A DNA stretch of 64,000 nt, taken from the sequence record PP174317.1. One strand, given 5' to 3'. Shown here in pieces: positions 19,425-29,045 of the stretch. Numbering within the stretch: position 1 is the stretch's first letter; every line of letters begins with the position of its first letter. The DNA comes from Acinetobacter phage vB_AbaSt_W16. The notes beneath the pieces are model-generated. The model saw only the letters and a program-made list of their open reading frames with translations. It searched no databases and was not told where the DNA came from. The position numbers and the translations under genes are program-made.

Positions 19425-20306
19425 TTAAATTTCCTCATACTCAATTAGAGTTTTACCATTAAATTTGCTACGATGTTCCTTGTACTTGTAGCCCACATAT
19501 TTTGCAGCATCTTTACGACTATACAAAATATTATCAATAACTACATAATCATCAAGATTGCCGAATGTGCCGAAGCCTTCTGAAGGAATCCAGTTCTCCA
19601 TCGCTTCAAGGTAATTATTTGCACACGTACGGAAAGTATTACACTTTCTATACTTGACGTTGTTTCGTATTTTACGGCAAATCTTACTAATATGTACACC
19701 GCCTTTTGAATGTTTTCTAATCAAACGAACAACATTATTTTTCGCACGACGGTACCCTTCCCAATTGCAATGACGATGAATAGGATCATACCAAGCTGCA
19801 GCCAATGCAACATCAATATGTGCAAACTCTGGGTCGAACCAACGGTAAACCGTATTACTCTGACTAAGAGTCTTAAGCTTATGATATGAAACATGTTTTG
19901 TATCAATCCAAAGCTCAATACCTGTTTCAGGGTCTAAATCGTCTTCAGGATCATAATCATAATTATAGTCAAAATAGTTCATCATATCGGATGAACATGC
20001 ATCAAATGCAGTATCATCCCAAGATGTTCCAAATGGTGCGTAATCAATAGACCATTTATACTTAACAGCTTCATACGTAAAGTGTGAACCACAACGACTA
20101 ACTTCAGCAATCATAGAACGAGTTAAATTGAGGCTATTCTCTTCTGCGAAATACATAATTTCATCAAAATCAAGAGGATGCATCGCTTTTTCACATTTTG
20201 CATTTAGTGTTTTACACAGAGCAATAGCTTCACTTGCTTCGGGTAAAATACAAACAATATTTTTGTGATGCTCGTAATCCTTTAAAAACACAACAAAATG
20301 ATTCAT
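19425..20306 (-). CDS. hypothetical protein 293 aa, paralog of 17921..18634
   Basis: see paralog finding. Confidence 0.55.
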   Translation of the reverse strand: MNHFVVFLKDYEHHKNIVCILPEASEAIALCKTLNAKCEKAMHPLDFDEIMYFAEENSLNLTRSMIAEVSRCGSHFTYEAVKYKWSIDYAPFGTSWDDTAFDACSSDMMNYFDYNYDYDPEDDLDPETGIELWIDTKHVSYHKLKTLSQSNTVYRWFDPEFAHIDVALAAAWYDPIHRHCNWEGYRRAKNNVVRLIRKHSKGGVHISKICRKIRNNVKYRKCNTFRTCANNYLEAMENWIPSEGFGTFGNLDDYVVIDNILYSRKDAAKYVGYKYKEHRSKFNGKTLIEYEEI

Positions 20307-20322
20307 TTAACTCTCCAATAGT

Positions 20323-20628
20323 TTAAGTAGAAGATTGTCTTTCTTTATAATATGATGATACAACATTTGGATTAATCTTGCCTTGTGTCAATTTCATCAC
20401 ATAATGAATAAAAAACTTCTCGTCCATTTCCATAATGTCAATTTTATTTTCTGTAAAATATTCATCCAAATGTGGTTTACTAAATGTAAAGTAATCATAT
20501 GTTAATGCATTTTGACGAACATATTCCATTGCATTTGGGCGATGTTTATTTTCAGTGTATACTTTAGCGCTAATCATTCCCCAAGCATACATTTCTTCAA
20601 AGTTTTTAGGTTCAGTGCGTAATGACAT
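20323..20628 (-). CDS. hypothetical protein 101 aa
   Basis: ORF. Confidence 0.45.
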   Translation of the reverse strand: MSLRTEPKNFEEMYAWGMISAKVYTENKHRPNAMEYVRQNALTYDYFTFSKPHLDEYFTENKIDIMEMDEKFFIHYVMKLTQGKINPNVVSSYYKERQSST

Positions 20629-20869
20629 TTTGAATAGCCTCGATAATTTTTGGATAATTTGAACGAATATTAACTTTTAAACCCTTTGAGGTAATTTCAA
20701 TTTTAATTCTACAAATCGATTCATAACCTCGTACGAATTCTGTACACATATAATTTTGTGTATAATGAATTTCTACATCATTTGGATACCCAAATTCTGC
20801 CAAAATTGCATTTGTTACTGCTTCTTTAATAGCATATTCGTACGCCAGTACTCGATTTATTAAACTCAT
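20612..20869 (-). CDS. hypothetical protein 85 aa
   Basis: ORF. Confidence 0.45.
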   Translation of the reverse strand: MSLINRVLAYEYAIKEAVTNAILAEFGYPNDVEIHYTQNYMCTEFVRGYESICRIKIEITSKGLKVNIRSNYPKIIEAIQNVITH

Positions 20870-20925
20870 ATTGATTTCCTCATTTGGAATTTCATGAAAT
20901 TATATCATGAAATTCCAATAATGTG

Positions 20926-21978
20926 TTAACGTAATTGTGTTACTTCTGCAATTTCTTTCCAATTATGTTCATCAGTTTTAACAAAACTTGCAAGATATAA
21001 TGCTGTACGTAAACTAACATTACGTAAGCGAGAAATATTGGATTTCATCCACTCTAAAATTTCTAAAGTTTCAGATTCAAGTAATCCTGCTTTAAACATC
21101 ATATCAGTATTTAAAATTACGTCTTCAACACGGACCATAATTTCTTCGTTTGTATGAACACCTAAATCAAGATAAACTGAACGTGAAATAAGAGCATCTA
21201 AATGTGGAGCCAACTTGCTTCCACGAGACAATTCACGATCAAAATCAACATTTGAAATAAACACAATTGTACCTTCAAATTCAAATTCAAGTGGAATTCC
21301 TTCATCTTTAAGGTAAGATGAAGCAGTAGACCAACATACTTTACGAGTTTCAGAAGTATCCAACGCTGCTTTAAGAAGATTTAAAGCGTCTTCTGAAGAA
21401 AATACATCAACATCATCAAGAACTAATACAGAATTTGAAGAAGCGCATTCAAATAACTTGCAATATAACCCAATTGGAGACATTTTACCATTTAAAATAG
21501 TATATTCAATTTCACCCGCATCATCAGCAGCTTGTAAATCACGATTTAATGTAAATGTTTTACCAATTCCAGGCGCACCAGAAATAATCAATGAGCGAAT
21601 TGATTTATTAATAATGCCTTTAGTCATCATATCCATAACTGAAAAACGCTTATTAATACGAGCACGCATTTCTTCAGCAGTTTCTGATGGTGCAACAGGA
21701 GTAGGTGCTGCAACTGCTTTGAAAGTATTTGTCATACGAGCAACAGGTTCAGCATTAACTGCTTGATAAATTTTGTTAAACTGAATTTGTTCGCTTAATT
21801 CAAAATTACCTAAATCAACCCAAACACCTTGCACTTTACCATCGATTTCAACAAAAAACTTAACATCGCCTTTTGCGTAATGTGGTTTTGTTTCAGGATA
21901 CCAATTATTAACAACTTCATACGTGCCTGAAACATATTTGCCACGTAAGATGCCGTTTGTAATAGTAACTGTTGCCAT
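20926..21978 (-). CDS. AAA+ / P-loop ATPase 350 aa
   Basis: Walker A GAPGIGKT, Walker B VLVLDDVD. Confidence 0.7.
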   Translation of the reverse strand: MATVTITNGILRGKYVSGTYEVVNNWYPETKPHYAKGDVKFFVEIDGKVQGVWVDLGNFELSEQIQFNKIYQAVNAEPVARMTNTFKAVAAPTPVAPSETAEEMRARINKRFSVMDMMTKGIINKSIRSLIISGAPGIGKTFTLNRDLQAADDAGEIEYTILNGKMSPIGLYCKLFECASSNSVLVLDDVDVFSSEDALNLLKAALDTSETRKVCWSTASSYLKDEGIPLEFEFEGTIVFISNVDFDRELSRGSKLAPHLDALISRSVYLDLGVHTNEEIMVRVEDVILNTDMMFKAGLLESETLEILEWMKSNISRLRNVSLRTALYLASFVKTDEHNWKEIAEVTQLR

Positions 21979-22088
21979 GATAATTTACTCAGTGTTTGTT
22001 CATTTGATGTAGTTATTATACAGAAAAGCCCAGGCAATGTAAACTGCCTGGGCGATAAAAAGTTAAATATTTACGTATATTTTTACCA

Positions 22089-22382
22089 TTACATTGTCCC
22101 TAATCCAACAATAATTAATAATGCAGCAACTAAACCTAACCAATTTATCATTGAACTTAATTTAGTAATTGCAGTGTATTTTGGTGGTGCATAATTTGGA
22201 TATGTACGTGGCAATTGAAAATATAAATCTGTTTTCAATCGAGTACAAGGGGCTTCGCCCTGGTGTTTACCCAAATCAATCCAAAGTGTTTGAACCGATC
22301 CATTATAACGAATCGATTTGATTTTACCGAATCGACATTTGCGCCATACAAATACAGTTTGATTTTCTTTAAATTTACTCAT
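22089..22382 (-). CDS. hypothetical protein 97 aa with C-terminal TM anchor
   Basis: ORF; C-terminal LGLVAALLIIVGLG. Confidence 0.45.
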   Translation of the reverse strand: MSKFKENQTVFVWRKCRFGKIKSIRYNGSVQTLWIDLGKHQGEAPCTRLKTDLYFQLPRTYPNYAPPKYTAITKLSSMINWLGLVAALLIIVGLGTM

Positions 22383-23377
22383 TTCAATTTGTACTCCAAT
22401 TTAATTTGTTCAAGGTATACATCTTCAATAAATTTATCCCAAAATTTGGTGTCAACTTCTGCAGGCATACCATTTTTAGATGCTTCAATTGCTAAACGAT
22501 CAACATCTGAAATTGTATCTTCTAAAATTTCAGATACTTCTTTGAAACTCAATTTACCGAGTTTAATGTCTAAAAGTAATTTTGCATCTTTTAATGGATA
22601 TTGTAAATCGCCAGTTTTGTATATTTCTTGCAACTGGAATCCACCTCGAATCGCATGATGCATAGATTTCCAATCAACACCTTGATTTAATTCAGCTTGA
22701 CGCGCACGTGCGCCATATTTTTCCCATTGTTTTTTAATTGCGGATACAAATGACGCTAAGGATACAGTTAGTTGATGCTTTGCACCTAATACTTCATAAA
22801 ATACTTGACCTGTATCTTCATTTGTTACTGTAAAGCAATATTCATTTTGTGGAAGTTTATCAATTACACGATCTAATGTAAAAGACTTCCAACCATACGG
22901 CGAAGGTCGATCATATCCAACTTCTTCTTTTGATACAATTTCCCATACTTCTCGCAGCGCTGCCATACGAGTGCCTTTAATACCATATTTTGATGCTTGC
23001 TTTTTAACATAGCCCAAATACGCTTTCATATCAGTAGTATAGAAACGATGACGATTATTATAAATGAAATCCCATGGTTCCATATAGTCATAATCAATAA
23101 TATGTTGTGTATTAGAATGCAACATATCTAATGCAATTGTTTCACCTTTAACCGCCATTGCAATAAACTGTTTTAAAGAATACATTTCTTCGTCAACATC
23201 ATTTGCAGTATTTTTAACATTATCGCCTGCGGTATTATTTAAATAATGTTCAACAGGATTACCTAAGATCAAGTCTCGAGCACCTGGAATAAAAATACCT
23301 TTGATATCTGTATCACTTTCAGGTGTTTGTGTCCCATATAAAGCAGAACCAAACACAGTCTTCATAATTAAACGCAT
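22379..23377 (-). CDS. predicted nucleotidyltransferase-like protein 332 aa
   Basis: N-terminal GSALYG...SDTDIKG (GS..D.D minimal nucleotidyltransferase signature). Confidence 0.5.
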   Translation of the reverse strand: MRLIMKTVFGSALYGTQTPESDTDIKGIFIPGARDLILGNPVEHYLNNTAGDNVKNTANDVDEEMYSLKQFIAMAVKGETIALDMLHSNTQHIIDYDYMEPWDFIYNNRHRFYTTDMKAYLGYVKKQASKYGIKGTRMAALREVWEIVSKEEVGYDRPSPYGWKSFTLDRVIDKLPQNEYCFTVTNEDTGQVFYEVLGAKHQLTVSLASFVSAIKKQWEKYGARARQAELNQGVDWKSMHHAIRGGFQLQEIYKTGDLQYPLKDAKLLLDIKLGKLSFKEVSEILEDTISDVDRLAIEASKNGMPAEVDTKFWDKFIEDVYLEQIKLEYKLK

Positions 23378-23478
23378 ATTATCTTACTCATTAAAAACAC
23401 AAAAACATGATACTGTAAATTATATTAAATGTACACCCTATAAATGAAAAAAGAGGAAAATAAATTTCCTCTTTTTAA

Positions 23479-23784
23479 TTAAATTGAAATACGAATATTA
23501 GCTCGCCAAACACCTGAAGAGTATTCAACACGGAATGGCAATTCATCACTAAACACTAATTCACCCGTAAATGGTCTAGATTTAACAGTTTTAATTGTTT
23601 TATCCGGCCAAATAAATTTCGCAACAGGTACTTTAAAAAATGAGTCCATTTCAACTTCAGCACGAAATTGTACTCGCTCACCTTCTACCCAATAATAATT
23701 GGTGTGTTTTAGATCAATTATTGGTAATTCAGACATTTTAATCCTTAAATGTAATTTTTGGACAAATTTTAGAGTGCTTTGCAT
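23479..23784 (-). CDS. hypothetical protein 101 aa
   Basis: ORF. Confidence 0.45.
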   Translation of the reverse strand: MQSTLKFVQKLHLRIKMSELPIIDLKHTNYYWVEGERVQFRAEVEMDSFFKVPVAKFIWPDKTIKTVKSRPFTGELVFSDELPFRVEYSSGVWRANIRISI

Positions 23785-24217
23785 GCAAATATTTAATTAC
23801 AATATTATCAGATTGTTTAATTGTATCTGTAATAGAAGCACTACCTTTATTTAGCCACCATTTATGAATAATATGTAATACTAAAAACATACCACATACA
23901 ATTCCAAAAGCTGCAGCACAAGCAAATGCAATGCCTAAGGCGCCCAAAATTGCTAAAACCGGATACCAACCCCAATGATTAAGATGTTGAGATTGATCAA
24001 AAAATAAATTTAATGCATATTTTTGTTCAAGCCCTGCAGCCATACCTAAACCTACTGCTGAACATATAAACACACCAAATACAACTAATGCTATAATAAC
24101 TAGCAATCGCCATGTTAATGCACGAATATATGGACATAAATTTTCCGGAACTGGTTTAAATGAAGGCAAAAACGTTTTAATAAGTGAATAATGCCATGAT
24201 GTTTTACTAATATTCAT
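23738..24217 (-). CDS. membrane protein 159 aa (about 4 TM)
   Basis: hydrophobicity. Confidence 0.5.
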   Translation of the reverse strand: MNISKTSWHYSLIKTFLPSFKPVPENLCPYIRALTWRLLVIIALVVFGVFICSAVGLGMAAGLEQKYALNLFFDQSQHLNHWGWYPVLAILGALGIAFACAAAFGIVCGMFLVLHIIHKWWLNKGSASITDTIKQSDNIVIKYLHAKHSKICPKITFKD

Positions 24218-24222
24218 AATAA

Positions 24223-24489
24223 TTACCTCAATTGCGAATCTTTACATCCGCGTCTATTAACATATGATAACACTTGTTTATCATAAACGGCTTGACAATT
24301 TATACAATATTGTACACCTTTTACGGCGAGTCGTCTACCCAATGGAATCACCGCGTCACAATCTTCGCATAATTCATTTGATTCTCTTTTCGATGCCAAC
24401 TCTAGTTCAAGACGTGCCCAATCTACTGCATCATCAATAGTGGCTTGATTAGTTTCAAAAACACCATCATTTGGGCCCCAGCCGTTCAT
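24223..24489 (-). CDS. DksA/TraR-type C4 zinc-finger protein 88 aa
   Basis: CEDC..(17)..CINC. Confidence 0.55.
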   Translation of the reverse strand: MNGWGPNDGVFETNQATIDDAVDWARLELELASKRESNELCEDCDAVIPLGRRLAVKGVQYCINCQAVYDKQVLSYVNRRGCKDSQLR

Positions 24490-24521
24490 AATAAATTACT
24501 CATCACTATAAAGTAAGAATA

Positions 24522-24824
24522 TTATAATGAAGTTTTAATTATTTGTACACTCTTTTTAGGTTTAATTTCAACATTTTTCTCCTTTACGTATTGTTTACCT
24601 GTATTATACCCAGCCACCGAACAATTTTGGGTACATTCGTTAGAAGACCATTTTGCTTGCAAAAAAGAATAGAAACGTTCTGATTCTGCTTTGCTAGGTT
24701 TTTTAAATTGCGAATAAACTTCTAGGGCACCTTCGACAAAGTTATTAAACTCTTTGTCATTTGCTTGTGCCGCAGAAGACATTAGACATAGTATAAATGC
24801 ACACAATAATAAAATAGATTTCAT
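24522..24824 (-). CDS. rI: lysis-inhibition regulator RI (periplasmic antiholin)
   Basis: 100 aa, N-terminal signal-anchor, SERFYSF..(W) and C..C blocks matching T4 RI (SEQFYSFM, CSSDFEC). Confidence 0.75.
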   Translation of the reverse strand: MKSILLLCAFILCLMSSAAQANDKEFNNFVEGALEVYSQFKKPSKAESERFYSFLQAKWSSNECTQNCSVAGYNTGKQYVKEKNVEIKPKKSVQIIKTSL

Positions 24825-25120
24825 TGATACTCTCCTCTATGAGGGTTCAACTGCAAGCATGTACTCATAAATCTTTGATCAAAATTATTATAAATCCATG
24901 CTAATTTTACAACATTATTGCGGTCAACAGTAGATTCATAATCCGATCTAATGCCCCGTAAAATTTTACGATTTGGGCAAAGCTGTGAGTTGTATACCCT
25001 ATAAGAAAACGCTAAAGAGTCCACTTCGCGTTCATATGTTTTTGTTTTTATTGTAGGAATGTTATAAATCCCAATTCCAATTGCTGTTATTACAACAAGT
25101 GATAATGTAATTTTTTTCAT
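24821..25120 (-). CDS. signal-anchored periplasmic protein 99 aa
   Basis: N-terminal TM; coupled to rI. Confidence 0.5.
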   Translation of the reverse strand: MKKITLSLVVITAIGIGIYNIPTIKTKTYEREVDSLAFSYRVYNSQLCPNRKILRGIRSDYESTVDRNNVVKLAWIYNNFDQRFMSTCLQLNPHRGEYQ

Positions 25121-25551
25121 TATTTTTGCTCTGGCAATGGCCCTGCATTTTCAAATTTATATGTAACATGCTCATTTGCAGTGTCCCAAACTCGAAAAAA
25201 CATTGGACGTTTACAATCTATGAATAGATTGTCCATCTGATCCCTAGATGGGATGTCTATAAGTGAAGTACCTGAAATAGCCCCGGTGGTATTAATACCA
25301 CATGTACGCATATTAAAAATACCGTAACGTACTACTTGTCTAACTCCCTTTGAATTGATAAATGATATACCAAAGTTATCACTATCTCTATCATATACAA
25401 TTTCAGCAAAGGGCATTAATACGGCTGTTGGCTTAGACTGATCTATTTTTGTGCCATATATTGCATATAATGATGGGGTTAATTGTTCCCAGGCAAAAAC
25501 GCCTGGGCTTACTAAGAAAAGTAGGCTAAGTAAAACAGCCTTTATTTTCAT
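25120..25551 (-). CDS. secreted protein 143 aa
   Basis: signal peptide ...GVFA/WEQ. Confidence 0.55.
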   Translation of the reverse strand: MKIKAVLLSLLFLVSPGVFAWEQLTPSLYAIYGTKIDQSKPTAVLMPFAEIVYDRDSDNFGISFINSKGVRQVVRYGIFNMRTCGINTTGAISGTSLIDIPSRDQMDNLFIDCKRPMFFRVWDTANEHVTYKFENAGPLPEQK

Positions 25552-25877
25552 CTGTCTAAAAGTCCTGTAATGTATTTTAACATTAATTGGTTTCTATAAG
25601 TATCACAAATTTTTCTGTCTTCTGCATGTTCACAGAAAGTTTGTAATGTTTTAGCTTTCCGATTAATTAATGTTCCGATTGAAGCCGGGTCTCTTTCATT
25701 TAAACCGAGATAATACATCCCATCTAATTGAATTGAGACCAGATCTGAACATTCTTTATCAATCGAACAAACCATACTTGCAGCTTTTGATGTTTGTTTA
25801 TCCGATGCCGTATTTTGAGCATACACAGGCATTGAAATAATCATGCAGAACACTGCAATTATGTTGATAAGTTTCAT
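25548..25877 (-). CDS. secreted Cys-containing protein 109 aa
   Basis: signal peptide ...PVYA/QNT; 4 Cys. Confidence 0.55.
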   Translation of the reverse strand: MKLINIIAVFCMIISMPVYAQNTASDKQTSKAASMVCSIDKECSDLVSIQLDGMYYLGLNERDPASIGTLINRKAKTLQTFCEHAEDRKICDTYRNQLMLKYITGLLDR

Positions 25878-26401
25878 TATTCAACCTTTAAAATGTTGTT
25901 GTCTTTAAGATAATTTGCTTTCTTGATTACACTACGGGAATAACCTGCACCTTTGTGCGTAGCCCAGCCTGCATTATAAGACGCTAAAGCCTTTTCTAAA
26001 TTGCCATTGTGTGTTTTTAACCAATACTGCATTTCTACTCTTGCCCAATGGGCCGAGGTATTATGATTTTGGAGTTCTTTCGTGATTTGAGCACGAGATT
26101 TATTTACTCCATCTTTAGCCATTCTAGACTTTACTGTCGTGACCAAGTTTTGATATTGACCGGCAGCATGTTTGCCTGTTCCGCAGTTGATTCCCGCGCT
26201 GGTCTCTTGCCACATAACTGCGGCCATGATGTACCCAAAATCAACTCGTGAACCGTTAAATTTTAATGGTTTTGAATGACCATAATGATATGCCTTTTGC
26301 ATATTTTTAATTTGTTGTGGGCTAAAATCTGGTTTAGCCGCATGCAACATGGGCGAAATTGCTAATGCTAACATTAGTAAAAAATACTTAAAATACTTCA
26401 T
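25877..26401 (-). CDS. secreted lytic transglycosylase (SLT-domain) 174 aa
   Basis: signal peptide; SLT signature blocks E-S (WQETS), G-QYQ, AxYNAG (ASYNAG). Confidence 0.7.
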   Translation of the reverse strand: MKYFKYFLLMLALAISPMLHAAKPDFSPQQIKNMQKAYHYGHSKPLKFNGSRVDFGYIMAAVMWQETSAGINCGTGKHAAGQYQNLVTTVKSRMAKDGVNKSRAQITKELQNHNTSAHWARVEMQYWLKTHNGNLEKALASYNAGWATHKGAGYSRSVIKKANYLKDNNILKVE

Positions 26402-26513
26402 AGGAATCTCCTGCTCGTTTGAGCTTGTTTCATTTACGCTATGCGCATCCTTCTTAATGATAGGTTAAATGTATTTAATACAATATAGGGTTAAATATTG
26501 TATCACACCATAA

Positions 26514-26545
26514 TAAAAAAGGGAACTAATTTGTTCCCTTTTTTT
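26514..26545 (-). terminator. bidirectional terminator at 3' end of GIY-YIG gene
   Basis: A7-GGGAAC-taattt-GTTCCC-T7. Confidence 0.7.
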
Positions 26546-26966
26546 CTTTTGCCTTTCGGCGTCCTTCCAACATACGAGTGTGCCAAAATTTATAAAATTC
26601 TGGGTCTTGCAATTTCTCTTGGAGGACTTGTGACGCTTTAATATTGCGTTCACGAATTAATTCAGTTGAATTGGTGGCATTTACATAATCGAACCCACCA
26701 AGGCCACCTAATTTAATGTTATATGAGTTCGGATTTGAGACCAAATCGGCATCGACTAGCTCCTTTTCGTGTTCATACATTGCATCTTGGGTATCGTGAT
26801 ATTTTAGAATTTCTTTTGTGAAATTATGAATACCATATTTTTTAATTGCCCGTTTAATAATTGTACCTGAGCCCATATAACCATCATCTAAATTGGATGT
26901 TTTATGAGCCCCGATATAAAAATGACCATTAACGTTGTTAGTGATCTTGTATGTGTAATAAAACAT
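26526..26966 (-). CDS. GIY-YIG homing endonuclease, short (Seg-like, lacks C-terminal DNA-binding region)
   Basis: YTYKITN..G..YIG..MGSG motif block; paralog of 33174..33836. Confidence 0.75.
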   Translation of the reverse strand: MFYYTYKITNNVNGHFYIGAHKTSNLDDGYMGSGTIIKRAIKKYGIHNFTKEILKYHDTQDAMYEHEKELVDADLVSNPNSYNIKLGGLGGFDYVNATNSTELIRERNIKASQVLQEKLQDPEFYKFWHTRMLEGRRKAKEKKGTN

Positions 26967-27016
26967 CTTTCCACTTTACAAAACCTTAATAATAGTATTT
27001 ATAAAGTGGAATGGTC

Positions 27017-27364
27017 TTATTTCATACGAGCGTATCCGTTTTTCTTAATATAGCGTAAAACTTCAGTTCGATATTTAGATTTAACCTGATCTGTAACGTC
27101 TTTGCCATTACTATTAATAATGCGCCACATTTCATTTTGTTTAACATACGCAAACCCAAAACGATTATGCAAGGCTTCTCGAGAAATAGCCAAAAATAAG
27201 CCTACCATATCAAATTCATATCGAATTGAACTTTGAGGCGAATCCTCTTGGATTTTAAGCCAATACTGGGCAAGTCGAGTTGTACTTCGATTTGAGTCAA
27301 AATATGACCAAGCGCAAAGACATAATAAAAGTACAAAAGCTGAAATTAAAATACATGCTACCAT
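27017..27364 (-). CDS. membrane-anchored protein 115 aa
   Basis: N-terminal TM. Confidence 0.45.
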   Translation of the reverse strand: MVACILISAFVLLLCLCAWSYFDSNRSTTRLAQYWLKIQEDSPQSSIRYEFDMVGLFLAISREALHNRFGFAYVKQNEMWRIINSNGKDVTDQVKSKYRTEVLRYIKKNGYARMK

Positions 27365-27365
27365 A

Positions 27366-27626
27366 TCATTCTCCCAATGATGCCAACCATTCTTGATGGT
27401 TTATTTCTGATTGAATTGCGATTGCTTCAGATAAAAGTTCTTTTATTTCATCTACATCCGCATTATCTTCCCCTGTTACCCAAAAAGTACTCACGCAACC
27501 AAGTTCTGTGCCAAGTTCTTTTATTACATTAATGACAGTGCTTACGTTATTATCAAAATATGGAATGAGATAGTTGTAATGATCTGTTGATTCGGTAACT
27601 AAATGTATTGCTACAAATAATTTCAT
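27366..27626 (-). CDS. hypothetical protein 86 aa
   Basis: ORF. Confidence 0.4.
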   Translation of the reverse strand: MKLFVAIHLVTESTDHYNYLIPYFDNNVSTVINVIKELGTELGCVSTFWVTGEDNADVDEIKELLSEAIAIQSEINHQEWLASLGE

Positions 27627-28087
27627 TAGGTTATCTCCATTAATGACAGCATACGATAATCGCGCTGAATGTCAAATAAGAACATACCACTCAATGAACT
27701 AATAGTACCATGATGTTCTAAAATACCTACAGATACTTTTAGATCACGCAAATTTATATATTTTACCAAATATCGACCATATGCAATTGATTTCATTGAT
27801 TCTTTATCAAAGCTCTTAGGCATATTGAAAATAGTCTGTTCACCCAATTCAATGTTAAATTGACAGTTGTATTCAGCAATAACTTCTTTAATATACCATC
27901 TATAGATTTTGAACCCATCTACAACAAATTCAATATCAGTATTTTTAACTGTAACTTGGGCAGAAACAATTTCATTCGCTTGTTCGTGAGTATCATCAAA
28001 TACAATTTTAAAAGATACTCCAGGCACTTTTAAAAGATTTGAAATTTTCCACCAATCACTTGGCGATATTGATGTTTTAATAACCAT
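27626..28087 (-). CDS. hypothetical protein 153 aa
   Basis: ORF. Confidence 0.5.
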   Translation of the reverse strand: MVIKTSISPSDWWKISNLLKVPGVSFKIVFDDTHEQANEIVSAQVTVKNTDIEFVVDGFKIYRWYIKEVIAEYNCQFNIELGEQTIFNMPKSFDKESMKSIAYGRYLVKYINLRDLKVSVGILEHHGTISSLSGMFLFDIQRDYRMLSLMEIT

Positions 28088-28274
28088 TCCATAATCCCGA
28101 TAAACTTAAACATAAACACGTACAACCTATAATAAATGGTATCGGTTTAAATTTATATGTCGACTGTGTACAAAAAATATACAAACCGTCAATTATTAAA
28201 GATAGGCCTACAAAACAACCTATAATATAACCTAATACATTTACATCCATAATTACATCGCCTTTAATGCGCAA
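28077..28274 (-). CDS. small membrane protein 65 aa (2 TM)
   Basis: hydrophobicity. Confidence 0.4.
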   Translation of the reverse strand: MRIKGDVIMDVNVLGYIIGCFVGLSLIIDGLYIFCTQSTYKFKPIPFIIGCTCLCLSLSGLWNGY

Positions 28275-28876
28275 AAGTCTACAGCTTCAACAAACTCTTT
28301 GTCATTTTTAATTTCAATATTTGCTGCAGCACATGCTGGTAACGCTTTTTGAAATGCAGGATCATCTCTATATGATTTATCTTCGCCGGCAATAGCAGGT
28401 AATTCGTTTTCAAAATCATCGACATCATTAAACCCTGCAATCTCAGACTCATTTAATTCGAGACCTACATTTTCACGTGGCAATTGAACTCGATCTTTTT
28501 CAGGAATAATCGGATAAGGTTTTAATGTTTCATCAACACATTTTTCAACTTTAACTTGATACTCTTGTAATACAGTTGCGCCGTAATCACTAGACATATC
28601 AATATTTTTCAGTAAGTTTTCAAATTTAGAATTACATACGGCAATAGCTTTAAATGCAATTGAACCATATAATTCTGCGGCTTTATATTCGGCTTCAGTT
28701 TCAAGAGAAAAATTTGTATTAACAGTTGTATGCTCTTGAAGATTTTTTACACCATATTGCATTTCGTTAACAGTAGGAGCTGCTGTAGCTTCTTTATGTG
28801 TACTACATCCAACTAAGCTTAAAGATGCGATTGAAATAGCTAAAAGTAATTTGTTCATGATTATCTCACAATACAT
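28253..28876 (-). CDS. lipoprotein 207 aa
   Basis: lipobox LVGC after signal peptide. Confidence 0.6.
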   Translation of the reverse strand: MYCEIIMNKLLLAISIASLSLVGCSTHKEATAAPTVNEMQYGVKNLQEHTTVNTNFSLETEAEYKAAELYGSIAFKAIAVCNSKFENLLKNIDMSSDYGATVLQEYQVKVEKCVDETLKPYPIIPEKDRVQLPRENVGLELNESEIAGFNDVDDFENELPAIAGEDKSYRDDPAFQKALPACAAANIEIKNDKEFVEAVDFCALKAM

Positions 28877-28983
28877 TTATTCATTCATTGGTGCTATTAT
28901 ATAAGCAAAAAATTAAAAGCGTACATATATCAAATGTAAACTTTTGTAACCGAAAAATAATTCAATTATTTTTCAATAAAGGG

Positions 28984-29012
28984 TTTACAAGTCGGTTGAA
29001 CTGAGCCATAAT
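28984..29012 (+). promoter_or_regulatory. sigma70/T4-early-type promoter: -35 GTTTACA, 17-bp spacer, -10 CATAAT, A/T-rich UP region
   Basis: GGTTTACAAGTCGGTTGAACTGAGCCATAAT, 35 nt upstream of ORF 29046. Confidence 0.6.
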
Positions 29013-29045
29013 ACACTCATACCAACACAACATGAGTAAATTGAA

